From Zootoca vivipara (taxonomy: Eukaryota), in NCBI RefSeq assembly GCF_963506605.1, contig NC_083285.1, forward strand, positions 43,152,001 to 43,216,000: DNA of 64,000 nucleotides. The letters are read 5' to 3'. The notes under the pieces are model-generated. The model saw nothing but the letters and a program-made list of their open reading frames with translations. It had not been told where the DNA came from and searched no databases. The position numbers and the translations under genes are program-made. Below, piece by piece: positions 62,662 to 64,000 of this stretch (positions within the stretch are counted from its first letter, which is position 1; the number at the start of each line of letters is the position of its first letter).

Positions 62662-62909
62662 CCCTTATACGAACAAAATACTGCCTAAATGACTTTTATT
62701 TATTTGTTGCATTTTTAGCCCACCTTTCCCTCCAAGGAGCTCAAGGTGGCATCCATGGTTCTACCACCTCCTCATTTAATCCCCTCTTATGACCCTGTGA
62801 CGTAGGTTAGGCTAAGAGATGGTGACTAGCCCAAGGTTACCCAGTATGCTTCATGGCTGCGTGGGTATTTGATCCCTGATCTCCCAGGTCCTAGTTCAGC
62901 ACTCTGCCA

Positions 62910-63172
62910 GGTAAATAAAAGGTAAATGACCCCTGGACGGTTAAGTCCAGTCAAAGGCGACTATGGGGTGCGCCGCTCATCTCGCTTTTCAGGCCGAGGG
63001 AGCCGGCGTTTGTCCACAGACAGCTTTCTGGGTCATGTGGCCAGCATGACTAATCTGCTTCTGGCGCAACGGGACACTGTAACAGAAACCAGAGCGCACA
63101 GAAACGTTGTTTACCTTCCCGCTGCAACAGTATCTATTTATCTACTTGCACTGGTGTGCTTTCAAACTGCTA
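62910..63172 (-). mobile_element. Sauria SINE, 5'-truncated, within a MIR-like relic
   Basis: GGTAAATGACCCCTGGACGGTTAAGTCCAG...GGTCATGTGGCCAGCATGAC body. Confidence 0.85.
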
Positions 63173-64000
63173 CACCACACTGGCTCTTATCTCAATAGTA
63201 CCTGATCCTTTTTCAAACTCATTGCTTTTTTAAAAAGTTCCCTTTTCTGGAGAGTCTGCTGCCACTGTTGACCAAAAGACCCCAGATCCCACTGAAAAGA
63301 GGGGGGGGGGAACCCTTCCAGCTACTGTGAAGCCCTTAACATATTTCTGTTGAACTTTAAAGCTGCATAATAGTGCAGTCTGCATAACTCTGGTACATAG
63401 AAGAATATGCAGTCTCAAATGCTTGGCAATCCAACCATGACTTGAATGTGGTCAGAAGTTTTGTGTGTTTGTGTGTGTGCACGTGTGCATGCTTGCGTAG
63501 CATAGAGAAGTGTAAAATTCAATCTTGGTGAAAAAGACCCTGGGGTACTTTGCACATGCAAGCAAGTGTTTGTTGATCCAGGCTTGTTATTTGGAATACT
63601 TCTGGTCTCTGTGAAGTTGGAACAGGTCTGTGAAGGATCATGCCTGATATACCTGATTTCTGTTCTCTTCCAGACCTGATGTTACTTATATGTATCCCTC
63701 ATCATAGAGCCAAGCCATGGGAAAGTAGTAAAGTAGTCTTGGGCTGGGAATATGGTTGTATCCAAATAAACACCATTCAATTGTTTAATTTCATGATTCT
63801 GTGGAGCCCAATTTTGAACTGCAAAGTACTGTGCAAAATCTGTTTAATCCACATGGCATGTCCTTCCAGGCTGCATCAACAAATCCTTGCAATTCACATC
63901 CCAGTTCAACAGTTGTAGCACAATCCCCCCCCTTAACAATAGACAATAGGGAGCACAATGAGCCATGAAGAAACATTTATGGAGCAGTATTTTTTCCTTA

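Larger units (their letters stand above)
50230..64000 (+). other. PDGFB: PDGFB intron 1 (no exon 2 GDPIPE... recognised in the window)
   Basis: Canonical donor at 50230; manual scan found no matching acceptor/exon. Confidence 0.6.

Overview
Vertebrate genomic DNA, almost certainly from a squamate and probably a lacertid lizard (Sauria SINEs, BovB/RTE, L1, CR1/L2 relics, hAT and Tc1/mariner MITEs). About 49 kb of repeat-rich intergenic sequence leads into the only host gene I can support, PDGFB (+ strand). It shows a TATA promoter at ~49250, a ~0.9 kb 5' leader, and coding exon 1 (MNFGVLFVCFCYLPLVSSE|gtgagt, with an extra in-frame upstream ATG). Intron 1 contains a CpG island and runs to the window end; I did not find exon 2. 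The only long ORF (1094 aa) is L1 ORF2, inside a three-level nest (L1 in a solo LTR in a Sauria SINE) whose two nested insertions both retain TSDs. Other notable items are a 7SK RNA fragment abutting the assembly gap, twin 89/90-bp hAT micro-MITEs, a 676-bp TSD-bounded non-coding RTE-like element, and a 3'UTR-like minus-strand segment upstream of PDGFB. Nearly all short ORFs in the track are spurious. I see no clearly novel multi-gene system; the findings are hypotheses about mobile elements and PDGFB regulation. Family and orthologue comparisons are from memory, not from searches.
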